A stretch of 63,716 bases of DNA, filler included, from Guillardia theta CCMP2712 (Eukaryota > Protista > Cryptophyta): assembly GCF_000315625.1 (NCBI RefSeq). It is 4 parts of 4 records of this genome, joined end to end, with 100 filler letters (N's around TTAATTAATTAA, not from the genome) between each part and the next. Parts side by side here need not be neighbours in the genome. Positions count along the whole stretch, not along the records: positions 1 to 31,454 come from NW_005434467.1; 3 more parts are not named here. One strand, given 5' to 3'. Each line of letters opens with the position of its first letter. Positions within the stretch are counted from its first letter, which is position 1. The notes beneath the pieces were generated by a model. That model saw nothing but the letters and a program-made list of their open reading frames with translations, searched no databases and was not told the DNA's origin. Positions 22,501 through 29,850 of the stretch are shown here, piece by piece. The position numbers were made by a program, and so were the translations under genes.

Positions 22501-23086
22501 TCAGATGCTCGGCGATCAGGCTGTACCCCAGCAGAGCCTGTCGGTGTCAGACGGCAGCGCGTACTCCTACTCCATCACCAGCAGACCGTCCGTGCTGGAC
22601 TCTACCTGGAGCAGCCCGGCCCTGCTCATCGTGTCGACGTCATCGGCTACGACAGCCGACATGTACCTCAACGACACCATTGCGGGCTCCTACTCCAACG
22701 GTCAGAAGTCCGCTCTGCTTTCTGCCAGCAGCAGGATGTTCGCTTGGAAGACAGACCCGCGCAAGCTTGCTGTGATCGTCGGGGCCTCAGCAGCAGCCAT
22801 GTCTACACAAGCAAATGCAAGCTCGTCGACGACTCCAGCAGGAGGTCAGAACATCGGAGCCATCATCGGAGGCGTCATCGGGGGCGTGGTAGGAGCAGCT
22901 CTGCTTGGCCTGCTCGCCTACAAGCTCCTCCTGCTCAAGGCCGTCGGCAAGGCAGTAGACGTGGAGATGGTGCCTGTCTACCTGCCTCAAGCCTATCCTG
23001 CCCTTGACGTGGAGTACGCCGCTGCAGCTCCGATGCCTGTTGCTACTCCAGCGTACGGCCAGCAGCCCATGGCTCTCGGCATGTGA
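10580..23086 (+). CDS. Giant single-exon type I membrane/surface protein (~4168 aa) with beta-sandwich, GSGY and 'LTVxRAQxGTxAxxH' repeats
   Basis: 12.5-kb uninterrupted ORF. It has a signal peptide (MLTCLQAILLLALSISCPAHA, second Met at 10625), a Ser/Thr/Gly/Val-rich beta composition, a C-terminal TM helix (IGAIIGGVIGGVVGAALLGLLAYKLLLL, ~22852-22935) and a short Tyr/Pro-rich tail. Confidence 0.93.
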   Translation: MSVLQVLLSCLRRAPMLTCLQAILLLALSISCPAHAAVVLQSGVKYTVAETAQLQMEGGTSDLKATDLKIYWGSLGAWSEGNDILASDTVIEVYLPRFSGGSNLFGAYRSGSAETSVMWMKQGQVVTISESVSKPWAAGLPVSSQSSLEAGPGVGGCFGITQDLSSNAFDLKQLQANSFSMCHWDSQKETLRLLMSSSQPITGVYISKVSLYQNYDVHGKQNGLGPLPPIGGIDEHWYQLANVAVYQASGSSRGCAVKAISDFPSTPCTSDLLVYQVPFDQYRSVRFGTDLPPIPTRIGAGAVGTVAPPAFVYAAASGNNDGPNQAVCITVTLISSATLFSAGVNPTTITLTGLTGASTTSQPVRLFQNKCQCQGSSPVQDLMPARFRTSTTANTVGSADFKADGTLTFQLIPGHYIQAGEVLTLSFSLVTGANPQSSRDLKVSMSGQACLTNDFCTLPKSVAITVAPTSFDSSSRILEVVGKKLRVSMFQSSSDPGSLTNLFVTLRPNFNVEVGSVISIQGLCGSQSNSAYVSLVSNRLNGGTPLTDTCTGNPTEVDLADYWPGSRLDWSGGGPLKITVASSLSLVARGTYALSWTWRNLDLAHPACSMTVSMQKGGDVVSAEAVENIGNTFGTVLSPGFIKYKIRQSTTRPDVANYICVTLRSNFRVSTLSNTQGQNNLAQITISGLQGSQTTTALFVKACPSYDWSLMQLQPESDPPTAHFIDKITGGTLHHTTSWSSGSAVLTVNQDDAANQMYYSIPQQQDIVFALRLKNPKVSNPCQAVTMRFSGVGPGNRLVTQTVNMVQNRVDRALEDGETDGDVCVLKTYDYSFLTRVIAQSTSVVQEKNVITVTLRSNMDLLSSVYSPQITISGLTGADTAVTALSAAAITNQYFPNIQKSSWDKARGVLVVTLAPGACQLPVKGRPSNCMHAGWTYAWSYTLTNGVTEQASPSVSVSCQFAENKLSSPQLMASPMRKDLHALYLTRQLLNKYDIGQLSPAPGAVNPVCITLRPSKSINAPTTFTLTGLDMFSSGTKVALYDQYGVSPLTSGLFQTVGASPQDNYATYDKSTIQFQLGPSKSLQQNSKYKFCFQLTNVMTGQATCPQVSLTVDSPSAPAVYRGAQSYLCNNDVTRKVAGYTSEPSGCAGYISDRKFISSNIRSGSNVTGSTVWLTMELQPNYPLASGQTITVGSFISMKNAGSSDIPCAIARNGQVVNAATNKHRANGIAPPAVFNSVCKYLDNTIQISYTGASTQYSSSVYDPFYNVNARRSKGLYKVEVTAGGSGYQSASVIICDVTPGAEFWTKPTCTAAGVVFAAGSSASAAATVISGTVTSISLTAPGSGYTMRPQVLIVDSSGSGSGARAEAFIYDRSIYTVQLQLVNQGTAASAQALTVKSGSSFVSATLDSGYEVRAKSSMQLQEQSSRDVVFTVTPEHNLYEGDMLLVNLPAYDVVTGPIFGVTSSPNPAFTTFTTQLEWELNYYQEDRARAYISNGWVADGNRHRSGDGDVDGLFVLSRDDDGYNKNKDLCWSRVSCPWGLPDSDMTFAGPSKTLVLTKVTNGASSSLGYTQDICYRNTSVNLLQPSDYVGMQLKCRNNQHTVTAGGQVTSVRVRHGGLVVINGRYSESSGVSGAAPTFVASGATDQATGTLLYQVVGVQYVSGSSLAAGDMIVFDSTYQVLQANATISSLYSTSPAVHVTAPGLYSGYPYATVSGKNTQLRVLVSVASASLTSQGSGYTSIPTITTSLKPSVGLPSTVQQLELPVFDVSLTNVTSTVVTQSILDYNPARQCFVVAEEFPTSFLSDCQVVPKEQVGRYTGMTAMIGSSEYVIKQGAGGVYWVADLKGNKPRSIDLANKPYTIYTQLQLQVAKGKWIRQGESVSISIPSYRFKSVPSNPNAFVTPSTDDASKTIRERTRFQFATPISFRNVRLAGAAASRMLVLGGAMSSGDTCTIQGSDIERPQASDGVTVNHAETMTSVGGSVPVFAPPSTWGSGYLRPGRFYGTCASGRRLSGVFMLEGQRTGIERIEIVTPGTSCSANVQVTISSPDKDGVTDGLTNTPVCPSDSSLCSQATAVATVSGGSITSISLTSAGSGYFFPPTVTLTNPSSNTPCDAFAIAHLSHNFTSRLRVTADSNLMMYHPQRDHFDSLTGLHSTVFPAVALYKRYDARKSNAEVGTGYVAAIVVTSLPPSSCTGHITIEPPPSGRTARAKTAANGGVTSIEVIDGGSGYEYPPAVTLPCTDGSARAILGFATSDVHMAGSRASSYTGMQLALLTSSSKAPAFRSTMDSPVVVGFNKACSTAVTQTMLRAGGSWNSSRVTAVTVPQQGVSGFAFGFTNVKISPSAINANGLVDAHADALAVPTWSFPVSGSRLVSGELGVVHYNGPTTVSNLFSCDESVLVFSSPQRPGGQVLKIKVSQAAGASLPSYEIVQQGQGYANIPIVVDMEFSVGGAVKSYRQDFADLSSSQQTLCKPSFFSLNTAYQGTNVYSGFVIASGTSAQQTGLTLDGALITHEGYGYQSSGSGPIATFSCSGCSSSACADKSANSIANQVCTASELQVEATVSGECSGSCEQSVATSAFFSPSNRNGLQVCSPADGAAGDYRTRKTLQMRVSSGPSAYSSSNVYTARRSQGFQGPRGSLIFKITANEAFASASLCQPPRVLVEPPPSGGVQAEVLLDYIDTSSDPYTNGPSASSTAASKGFAADAAPYQYVLKVINAGSGYLTAPCMNVVALPGLLPACPAPTLGAYPRSGMVASRVELVRNISLPELNQGAANVQPTCSSGSFVVKSLCPGSNPCTSAYSQAELNPLPSCSGSSQCSACATFPCPARTCAADNCPSYLSTVLDASLSSVVADEALAAIGWDARTHQPVLLNAGFGFSPSTPNPLRLEFPSDAGQAYPCAEILLYFTDSPSSDALQPGPLYWPGDLSFDQSSVRNLAGQVTGVDYLLRPGFINAVYGSFSNFPVTTLVALRDQAARRLLQTSRSAVLEVQSVSGFKVGDYIRLVDEVLIVDAISVQQSTLTVTRGALNSSIASTFAAGTVVRTFNPGSVLLKSVARDATSIEVSNAAKFTSGRYIQVEKEVMYVTAVGASSLTVLRAQEGTIAASHAAFKAVGNVRPSHNYPIVLQEAVTASQTFLTVSDASLLFAGAFIQVLDEIMRVTSISGDKLTVQRAQAGTSASSHPTVVLVKLTTEASLGRSIYRSNMVLLTTIKSSDTVLRLMDPVKDTQSSGFQPGDYLLIYHYAYEYCIEDSCARRAGFTSPSYEAMLVLSAETSTVSGYLYQNLTVQRAQFGSSAQEFFQGISVNYLFSPRVLEQSIDKTATNANFSNTYGLQAGDLLWALTGVKAHEGGNLGYIEVMEYQSDGSVRREMIPECTIYQIPFSLSQATSVSAGALVQTIAKPAYFNPPYIIDSDDTWVTMSRTSDFAVGDIVSDGSSALEVTAINTADSKITLKRLFDEDQDPPYTGYLVKIEGLRLLNSTLDTDVMDPSDSATFSISLHTLVSDFYSPGDFVWICDGSRGLFRVQAVGDYSMDVTPYSIIQGISFSKDKAVLFKYERFDVLNGDALSPGDSVMFTWGYVIFKLFASVDLLNTGGTAQVISSSANEVRLTFTSGGYGPDHTIAWFYDVHFTHQLLPISKKSFATSKLALDIDSTVTRVILFDASGFLAGDSIVIDDEIMTIDNLNGNLLHVSRAQAGTAAAPHKLAASVAWTAPIAKTSSPVSAVTPMTRRDQHLRYIAQQGSIALPSSILQASSSYQDVWAQLDEEIIMIRQPASGVVPEDDRGLRGTSAAAHVTNTPYNIPNAVFSWQLNVRSSLLGLSGFSALPVYSMNAAGVIAVSGVHVLSGGAGVTSQPSFQLSLNRFIDSDAQGQAVGGATYSYRPLIQQTYLGVDLTNKFTKRLIRPTVTYPVTYQPWRFPADPLHFQDRMDGYDPSSDSSLLSPTNGSNAINASSPIPHEPGSPVFVLDSFGQMLGDQAVPQQSLSVSDGSAYSYSITSRPSVLDSTWSSPALLIVSTSSATTADMYLNDTIAGSYSNGQKSALLSASSRMFAWKTDPRKLAVIVGASAAAMSTQANASSSTTPAGGQNIGAIIGGVIGGVVGAALLGLLAYKLLLLKAVGKAVDVEMVPVYLPQAYPALDVEYAAAAPMPVATPAYGQQPMALGM

Positions 23087-24108
23087 GAAGCGCGGCTACT
23101 TGATGATCCAGCAGGCAGCGGCTGATGCTGCTGTCTGCCTCGTAGAGCTCGATACGAGCGATCCTTTCTATCGGATAAGAATGAAAATGATTTGTAGAAT
23201 CAAGAGAGGAGGAGGTAGAGCTTGGGAGGTACGCGAGACTGACACAGCGAGGCAGGTAGCAAGAGATATGACACTCACTGCAGGACATCACAGGAACACC
23301 TTTTCAAGGGAGCGATGTTACTGAAAGAACATCACATCTTGGTAAGCACATGGATGGAATCCCTGAATGTATTCGAGGTTTGTCAGGGGCAAGCTGAATC
23401 TGAAAGAGGCAAGTCAAGCCAGACATCTGCCCAAGGTTTCTCAAAGCATGAGTGGATTCAGTCCATGCAGGAGAGGGTGTCGTCAAAACAGGCTCCTCCC
23501 TTCTATAGGTTTGAAGTCTCGAAGAGGAGAGGAGAGGAGAGAAGCGGAGAGGAGATCAGGAGAGGAGTCTAGTTACACTTCCTTGACCCCCACTTTCTTT
23601 CGTGCTTCTGGTTTCCAGGTGACTTCGGGGACTCTATGACCCCTTCCTCGGACGCATTGAACTGGCACCCACACGCGTCAACTTCCACAAATTGGATTGG
23701 TAGGGTGATGCAACCTGATAGTGAGAGGTCAGGGAGTGACGTCACCAGGCGAGGTAAAAATATAGAGAGACGCAACAAAGTTGAGACCAGGTCCTGATCT
23801 TCAGTATCCTACGGGTCATACAGATATGTTACTCAGAATACCAAAGTTTAGTGGAGTAAAAGCGAGCACTAGCCCGCATAGACAGACATGGGGGTGGAGG
23901 ACAAGAAGAGCTGAGAGGTAGAGAGCAAGACGCGCTTCTATCAAGTACAATCAAGGCTGACCGCAACATTGACCGACAAGCTGAGAAAGCTTCAGCCCCC
24001 TGCTCGACGCTCGTCTCACCGCCAGCTCTTGCCCCTAGCAGCACGAACAAGCTCTGTCCCTTCCCCGCCATCCCCGCCTCCCCTCCAGCTGCACCACGAC
24101 CCTCCCCA

Positions 24109-26191
24109 TCACTCGGCATCGCGTCGCTCGAGCACGGACCTGAGCCGTCGGCCCGCCTCAGAAGCACGGGTGTCGGGGATGTTGGGAGGCAGGGCGGCGC
24201 CTCGGAGCCGTCGGATGCGTCGGATGTTGTACGAGTTGTCGCTAGCAAGGCTGCTCAGAGCCTCCATCGCGCTATCCTCCAACCACCCGCTGCCCTCATG
24301 CCTTTGCATCGCCCTCACTACCGCCTCGATCGCTCCCGCCTCCCGAGCCCGCGCCTGGCTGTCTGCCATGCCCTCCGTCATGCTGCGCAAGGCCTTGCAT
24401 CCGTCACACTGTAGCCATCGGTCGTCTGCGTGCGTGGACATGGCGCTGACGACGGCCTCGATCGCTCCCGCCTCTCGAGCCCGCGCCTGGCTGTCCGCCA
24501 TGCCCTCCGTCATGCTGCGCAAGGCCTTGCATCCGTCACGCGGTATCCACCAGTCGTCCGCGTGCGTGGACATGGCGCTGATGACGGCCTCGATCGCTCC
24601 CGCCTCCCGCGCCCGCGCCTGGCTGTCTGCCATGCCCTCCGTCATGCTGCGCAAGGCCTTGCATCCGTCACGCTGTATCCATCGGTCGTCCGCGTGTCTG
24701 GACATGGCGCTGACGACGGCCTCGATCGCTCCCGCCTCCCGCGCCCGCGCCTGGCTGTCAGCCATGCCCTCCGTCATGCTTTGAAGTGCTTGACATGCTG
24801 ACCATTGCAAGTATCTCTCGTCCGCGTGCGTGGACATGGCGCTGACGACGGCCTCGATCGCTCCTGCCTCCCGCGCCCGCGCCTGGCTCTCTTTGATGTG
24901 ACTCACTGTGTTTGTCACGGCCCTGCACGCAGTCTTCTGTACCCACCTGTCGTCCGTGTGCCTGGACATCGCCCTCACTACCGCCTCGATCGCTCCCGCC
25001 TCCCGCGCCCGCGCCTGGCTGTCTGCCATGCCCTCTGTCATACTTTCAAGTGCTTCGCAGGAAGATCCTTGTACCCCAGCGTCTTCCGCGTGCGTGGACA
25101 TGGCGCTGACGACGGCCTCGATCGCTCCCGCCTGCATGGCCGGGAGCTTGTTCTGCTCGTGGCTCTCGGCTATCGCTGTCATCACCTCGCATAGACCTTG
25201 CTGTATCTTCGCGTTGCTCTGGTGCCTGGTCATGGCGCTGACGACAGCCTCGATCGCTTTCGCATCTCTCGCTGTGCCCTGGTATCGGAAGTACTGCAAT
25301 GTGTACTTCAGGGCCTCACACGCAGCATGCTGTACTTTCAAGTCGTTCGCATAACTTGACATGGCGCTGACGACGACCTCGATCGCTCCCGCCTCTCGTG
25401 CTCGCACCTGGCTCTCATCGCTGAAGCTGACAGTGTAGTCCAGGGCCCAGCACGCAGCCTGCTGTACGCCCGCGTCGTTCGCGTGCGTGGTCATGGCGCT
25501 GACGACGGCCTCGATCGCTCCCGCCTCCCGCGCCTGCGCCTGGCTCTCGTCCCTGAAGCTGACAGTGTTCTTCAGAGCCTCGCACGCAGCCTGCTGTACG
25601 CCAGCGTCGTCTGCGTGCCTGGTCATGGCGCTGACGACGGCCTCGATCGCTCCCGCCTCTCGAGCCCGCGCCTGGCTCTCTTTGATGCGACTGACGGTAT
25701 GTCTCAAGGCCCAGCACGCAGCCTGCTGTACGCCAGCGTCGTCCGCGTGCATGGACATGGCGCTGACGACGGCCTCGATCGCTCCCGCCTCTCGCGCCTT
25801 GACCTTGTCAGCCTCCCCGTTCTGAGCCATGCTGACCAAGGCTTCGCACGCAGCCTGCTGTACCTCCGCGAGAGCCTCGTACGTCCTCATCTCCTGCAAC
25901 ACCGCCTCTATGCTGTCGTCAGCTCCCGTCCTCAGCAGCCTCCATGCCTCCCTTGCCGGCTGCTCCGTCCTGCTTCCGTCTTGTGCCCCTAGCGCTGCCG
26001 ACGCCCTGACCGGCAGCGCCTGAGCTCCTGTCCTCAGCGAGCTGAGAGCGTCGCTGCCCGTGGACTCCAAGGCGGTGCAAGCTGACTCTTGCAGCTCCAC
26101 GAGCTCTCCGTACTTGCGCTTCCTGACTCTCCTCGCCACCGCCTCGATCCCTCCCCCCGCTGCCTCTCCGATCCTTCTCCATGCAGCTTCT
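24109..26191 (-). CDS. Armadillo-repeat array (~13 x 44 aa); C-terminal half of the U-box/kinase/ARM gene
   Basis: Repeats QARAREAGAIEAVVSAMxxHxDDxxxQxxxCxALxxxxxxxxxS with a 132-bp DNA period; out of frame with the kinase ORF. Confidence 0.85.
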
Positions 26192-27341
26192 GCGACTGGT
26201 TGCCGGCCCCTGCCCGCCGCTGTCCAGGCGTCCTGTCTGACCATGTCCATGCAGCAGCCCCCTCATTCCCCTCCGCTCCGGCTCTTCCTACAGCTACCGC
26301 AAGCTCGGCGAACCTCGGGCGGTCCTCCTCCCTCGTCGCCCAGCAGCTCTCCAGCAGGGCCCACAACCCGTCCGGGCATCCTCCGAGGAGGTGCTCTCGA
26401 GGAAGCCTCCCACCCCCGCACACATACCCGATCACAGTCGGGTCCGTCATGGGGTAGTAGGGGGTCATGCCCGAGGTCAGGATCTCCCAGCACGTGACCC
26501 CGTAGGCCCACACGTCGCTCTTCTCCGAGCACCGGCCTCTCTGCATGGACTCTGGGGGCATGTAGCGCACCGGCAGCGCTCGCCCCGCTACCCTCCCGTC
26601 ACTCCCGTCCACCAGCTCCCCTGCCCGCCCGTACCCCGCCACCTTCACCGACGTCCTCCCCACGTCCTCCTTGTCGAAGCCCAAGACCAGCACGTGCCGA
26701 GCCGCGAGGTCCCGGTGCACGACCCGCTGCTCAGCCAGGTGCTCCATGCCCTGCGCGATCTGCTCCATCATCGCCGTCTGGTGCCCTCGCGTCACCTGCC
26801 CCGCCAGCCTCCCCAGCAGAGCCTCCCTCAGCGACCCCAGCTCGGCGAGCTCGGTCAGCAGCAGGGGACAGCCGTCGGCGTCGTGGCTCTGCCCCATGTA
26901 GCGTACAAGCCGAGGATGCGGCCCGAGTCTGAGCATGACCGCGGCTTGTCTGCCGCCGTCGTCTTGCCTGAGCTTGAGCACGGCTACCTTGATCTTGCCG
27001 GGCCCTGCCCTCCTTCCTTGCACGCGGAGGTGACCTATGTAGAGGGTCTGGGAGGAGCCTGCTGAGATAGGCTGCCGCTCCATCTCCACGTCATGTCTGG
27101 GGACGAGCAGCGCGTGTCGCTCCTGCCACTCCTGGATGGCGCTGCGGAGAGCGAGGTTGGGGACAAGGTGGTCGGAGGGGAGGAGGGCGCCGGTGAGGGG
27201 GCTGGAGAGACGATGGCGGAGCCAGGTCTCGATGGAGGACCTCTCGTAGGTGTGGCCATCGCAGCAGGTGACAGGGTCGGTCATGAGCGCCATGCTGATG
27301 GGGCAGATGAAGGACCGGAGCGCTCCCTGGTCCGCTGCCAT
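26034..27341 (-). CDS. U-box E3 ligase domain + tyrosine-kinase-like (pseudo)kinase
   Basis: U-box: FICPISMALMTDPV…DGHTYERSSIETW…SPLTG…LVPNLALRSAIQEW. Kinase: VAVLK, VVHRDLAARHVLV, GYG in place of DFG, LPVRYMPPE, SEKSDVWAYGVTCWEI. Confidence 0.9.
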   Translation of the reverse strand: MAADQGALRSFICPISMALMTDPVTCCDGHTYERSSIETWLRHRLSSPLTGALLPSDHLVPNLALRSAIQEWQERHALLVPRHDVEMERQPISAGSSQTLYIGHLRVQGRRAGPGKIKVAVLKLRQDDGGRQAAVMLRLGPHPRLVRYMGQSHDADGCPLLLTELAELGSLREALLGRLAGQVTRGHQTAMMEQIAQGMEHLAEQRVVHRDLAARHVLVLGFDKEDVGRTSVKVAGYGRAGELVDGSDGRVAGRALPVRYMPPESMQRGRCSEKSDVWAYGVTCWEILTSGMTPYYPMTDPTVIGYVCGGGRLPREHLLGGCPDGLWALLESCWATREEDRPRFAELAVAVGRAGAEGNEGAAAWTWSDRTPGQRRAGAGNQSQKLHGEGSERQRGEGSRRWRGESGSASTESSWSCKSQLAPPWSPRAATLSAR

Positions 27342-27379
27342 GGCGGGGCCGAGGAGCGAGGGGAGGGGAGGGGAGGGGA

Positions 27380-27564
27380 TAAAGGGGGTACGTGCAGCGA
27401 GGGAGCGAGGGGGTGCGAGGCCGGTCTAGGGACGGGTAGGGGGTGGTAAGAGGAGGGGAGAGGAGGGAGGAGGGGTGGTCCAAAAAAGAAAAGCTAATCC
27501 TACCAGCGGCTACGGGGGGAGTGTAAAACTAAAAAAAGAAGAATAAGTCTTGTTGCTGCCTTTT
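27380..27564. repeat. Direct repeat copy 1 (~185 bp; copy 2 at 30639..30822)
   Basis: TAAAGGGGGTACGTGCAGCGAGGGAGCG…CTACCAGCGGCTACGGGGGGAGTGTAAAAC…GTCTTGTTGCTGCCTTTT is nearly identical at both sites. Confidence 0.92.
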
Positions 27565-28019
27565 NNNNNNNNNNNNNNNNNNNNNNNNNNNNNNNNNNNN
27601 NNNNNNNNNNNNNNNNNNNNNNNNNNNNNNNNNNNNNNNNNNNNNNNNNNNNNNNNNNNNNNNNNNNNNNNNNNNNNNNNNNNNNNNNNNNNNNNNNNNN
27701 NNNNNNNNNNNNNNNNNNNNNNNNNNNNNNNNNNNNNNNNNNNNNNNNNNNNNNNNNNNNNNNNNNNNNNNNNNNNNNNNNNNNNNNNNNNNNNNNNNNN
27801 NNNNCATGCTTGTTTCTTTTGTCGGCGGCCTCAAGCAGAGGAGCTCTTCTGGCCTGCTGCGCTTGTCGAGGTAGGCGATTGTGAAACATGGATGGGTGAT
27901 CGGAGGTGAAGCCGGCGAGTAGAGGAGTGTGACGCAGCAGGAGTGAGGTGCCATAGATAGTGAGTTTGTGAGCGGAGGATCGGGAGGATTTCGCGGAGAG
28001 AGATTGAAGTGTCTGTTGC

Positions 28020-29850
28020 ATGCTGACGGTTGCTTCTTTATGGTTTGCCAGTGCAATGAAGCATGAAGCAAGCAAGGCTTTCGAGGGACGTGCGGAGCGG
28101 AGAGCAAACGGCACGACAGGTAGAGGTCCGCAGTTGCCTGATCGTGAGAAACAAGACAATCAAAGTCGGTTTGCATGGAGTCATGACCGGTCACACACGA
28201 AGAAAAGGCAGGCAGATGTCGCAGGAAACGAGATCGAGATCGCGAGGGCATCCAAGTTAGTCGACCAGACAGCCAAAAGCTTGTCGTTGCGCAAGAGAGA
28301 GGCTGAGCTGAAGGAGGCTGAGGTCACAGGAGACGAGATCGAGATCGCAGACGCCCTCCTGAGAGTCAGGGAGGCAGAGCTGGAGGAGGCTGAGGTCACA
28401 GGAGACGAGATCGAGATCGCGAAGGCACGCAAGTTAGTCAACAAGGCATGGCTAAGCTTGTCGTTGCGCAAGAGAGAGGCTGAGCTGGAGGAGGCTGAGG
28501 TCACAGGAGACGAGATCGAGATCCTCAAGGCACGAATCAGGGTCAGGGAGGCAGAGCTGGAGGAGGCTGAGGTCACAGGAGACGAGATCGAGATCCTCAA
28601 GGCACGAATCAGGGTCAGGGAGGCTGAGCTGGAGGTGGCTGAGGTCACAGGAGACGAGATCGAGATCCTCAAGGCACGAATCAGGGTCAGGGAGGCAGAG
28701 CTGGAGGAGGCTGAGGTCACAGGAGACGAGATCGAGATCCTCAAGGCACGAATCAGGGTCAGGGAGGCAGAGCTGGAGGAGGCTGAGGTCACAGGAGACG
28801 AGATCGAGATCCTCAAGGCACGAATCAGGGTCAGGGAGGCAGAGCTGGAGGAGGCTGAGGTCACAGGAGACGAGATCGAGATCGCAGAGGCCCTTCTTGC
28901 CCTCAGGATGGCAGAGCTGGAGGAGGTTTGGCTGAGAGGAGGCCAGATAAAGTTCGAAAGGGCAGTCGAGCTAGCCAGGCAGGCAAGCATAAGCTTGTCG
29001 TTGCTCAGGAGGACGGCAGAGCTGAAGGAGATTGAGGACACAGGAGACGAGATCGAGATCGCAAAGGCGCGTTCCAGACTGACACAAGCAGAGCTTGACG
29101 AGGCGAAGATCAAAGGAGACAAGATTAAGATTGCAGGGGCATATCTCAAGTACAGGAAGACATACCTCGATATGATTCAAGTCACAGGAGACGAGATCAA
29201 GATCGCAGACGCCCTCCTGACAGTCAGGAAGGCAGAGCTGAGGGAGGCTGAGGACACAGGAGACGAGATCGAGATCGCGAGGGCACGCAAGTTAGTCGAC
29301 CAGGCATGGCTAAGCTACTTTGTGCGCACGAGAGAGGCTGAGCTGAAGAAAGCTGAGACACAGGAGACGAGATCAAGATCGCAGACGCCCTTCTTGGGCT
29401 CAGATGGCAGAGCTGAAGAGCTGAGACACAGGAGACGAGATCGAGATCGCGAGGGCATCCAAGTTAGTCGACCNNNNNNNNNNNNNNNNNNNNNNNNNNN
29501 NNNNNNNNNNNNNNNNNNNNNNNNNNNNNNNNNNNNNNNNNNNNNNNNNNNNNNNNNNNNNNNNNNNNNNNNNNNNNNNNNNNNNNNNNNNNNNNNNNNN
29601 NNNNNNNNNNNNNNNNNNNNNNNNNNNNNNNNNNNNNNNNNNNNNNNNNNNNNNNNNNNNNNNNAAGAGAGAGGCTTAGCTTGACAAGGCTCGAGGTACA
29701 GGAGACGAGATCGAGATCGCGAGGGCACGCGAGTCAGTGGATGAGGCAGAGCTATGCTACTTTGTGCGCAAGACGGGGGCAGAACTGGAGTAGGCTCAAG
29801 GCCCTGGAGACAAGATCAAGCTCAGGCCACCTATACATGAAGCTGACCAC
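28020..29850 (+). CDS. Helical 24-aa repeat protein (EAELEEAEVTGDEIEILKARIRVR)n; 3' end broken by gaps
   Basis: 72-bp tandem units, several nearly identical at ~28480-28880; frameshifts only next to N gaps; start codon uncertain. Confidence 0.75.

Noticed and set aside
10933-23007. Many short overlapping or antisense ORFs inside the giant gene
   Set aside because: These are expected shadow ORFs of a GC-rich coding sequence and contain no motifs.
26190-26241. 52-nt GT-AG intron joining kinase and ARM
   Set aside because: Splicing gives TG+A = TGA, a stop. The paralog shows the junction is normally read through without an intron.
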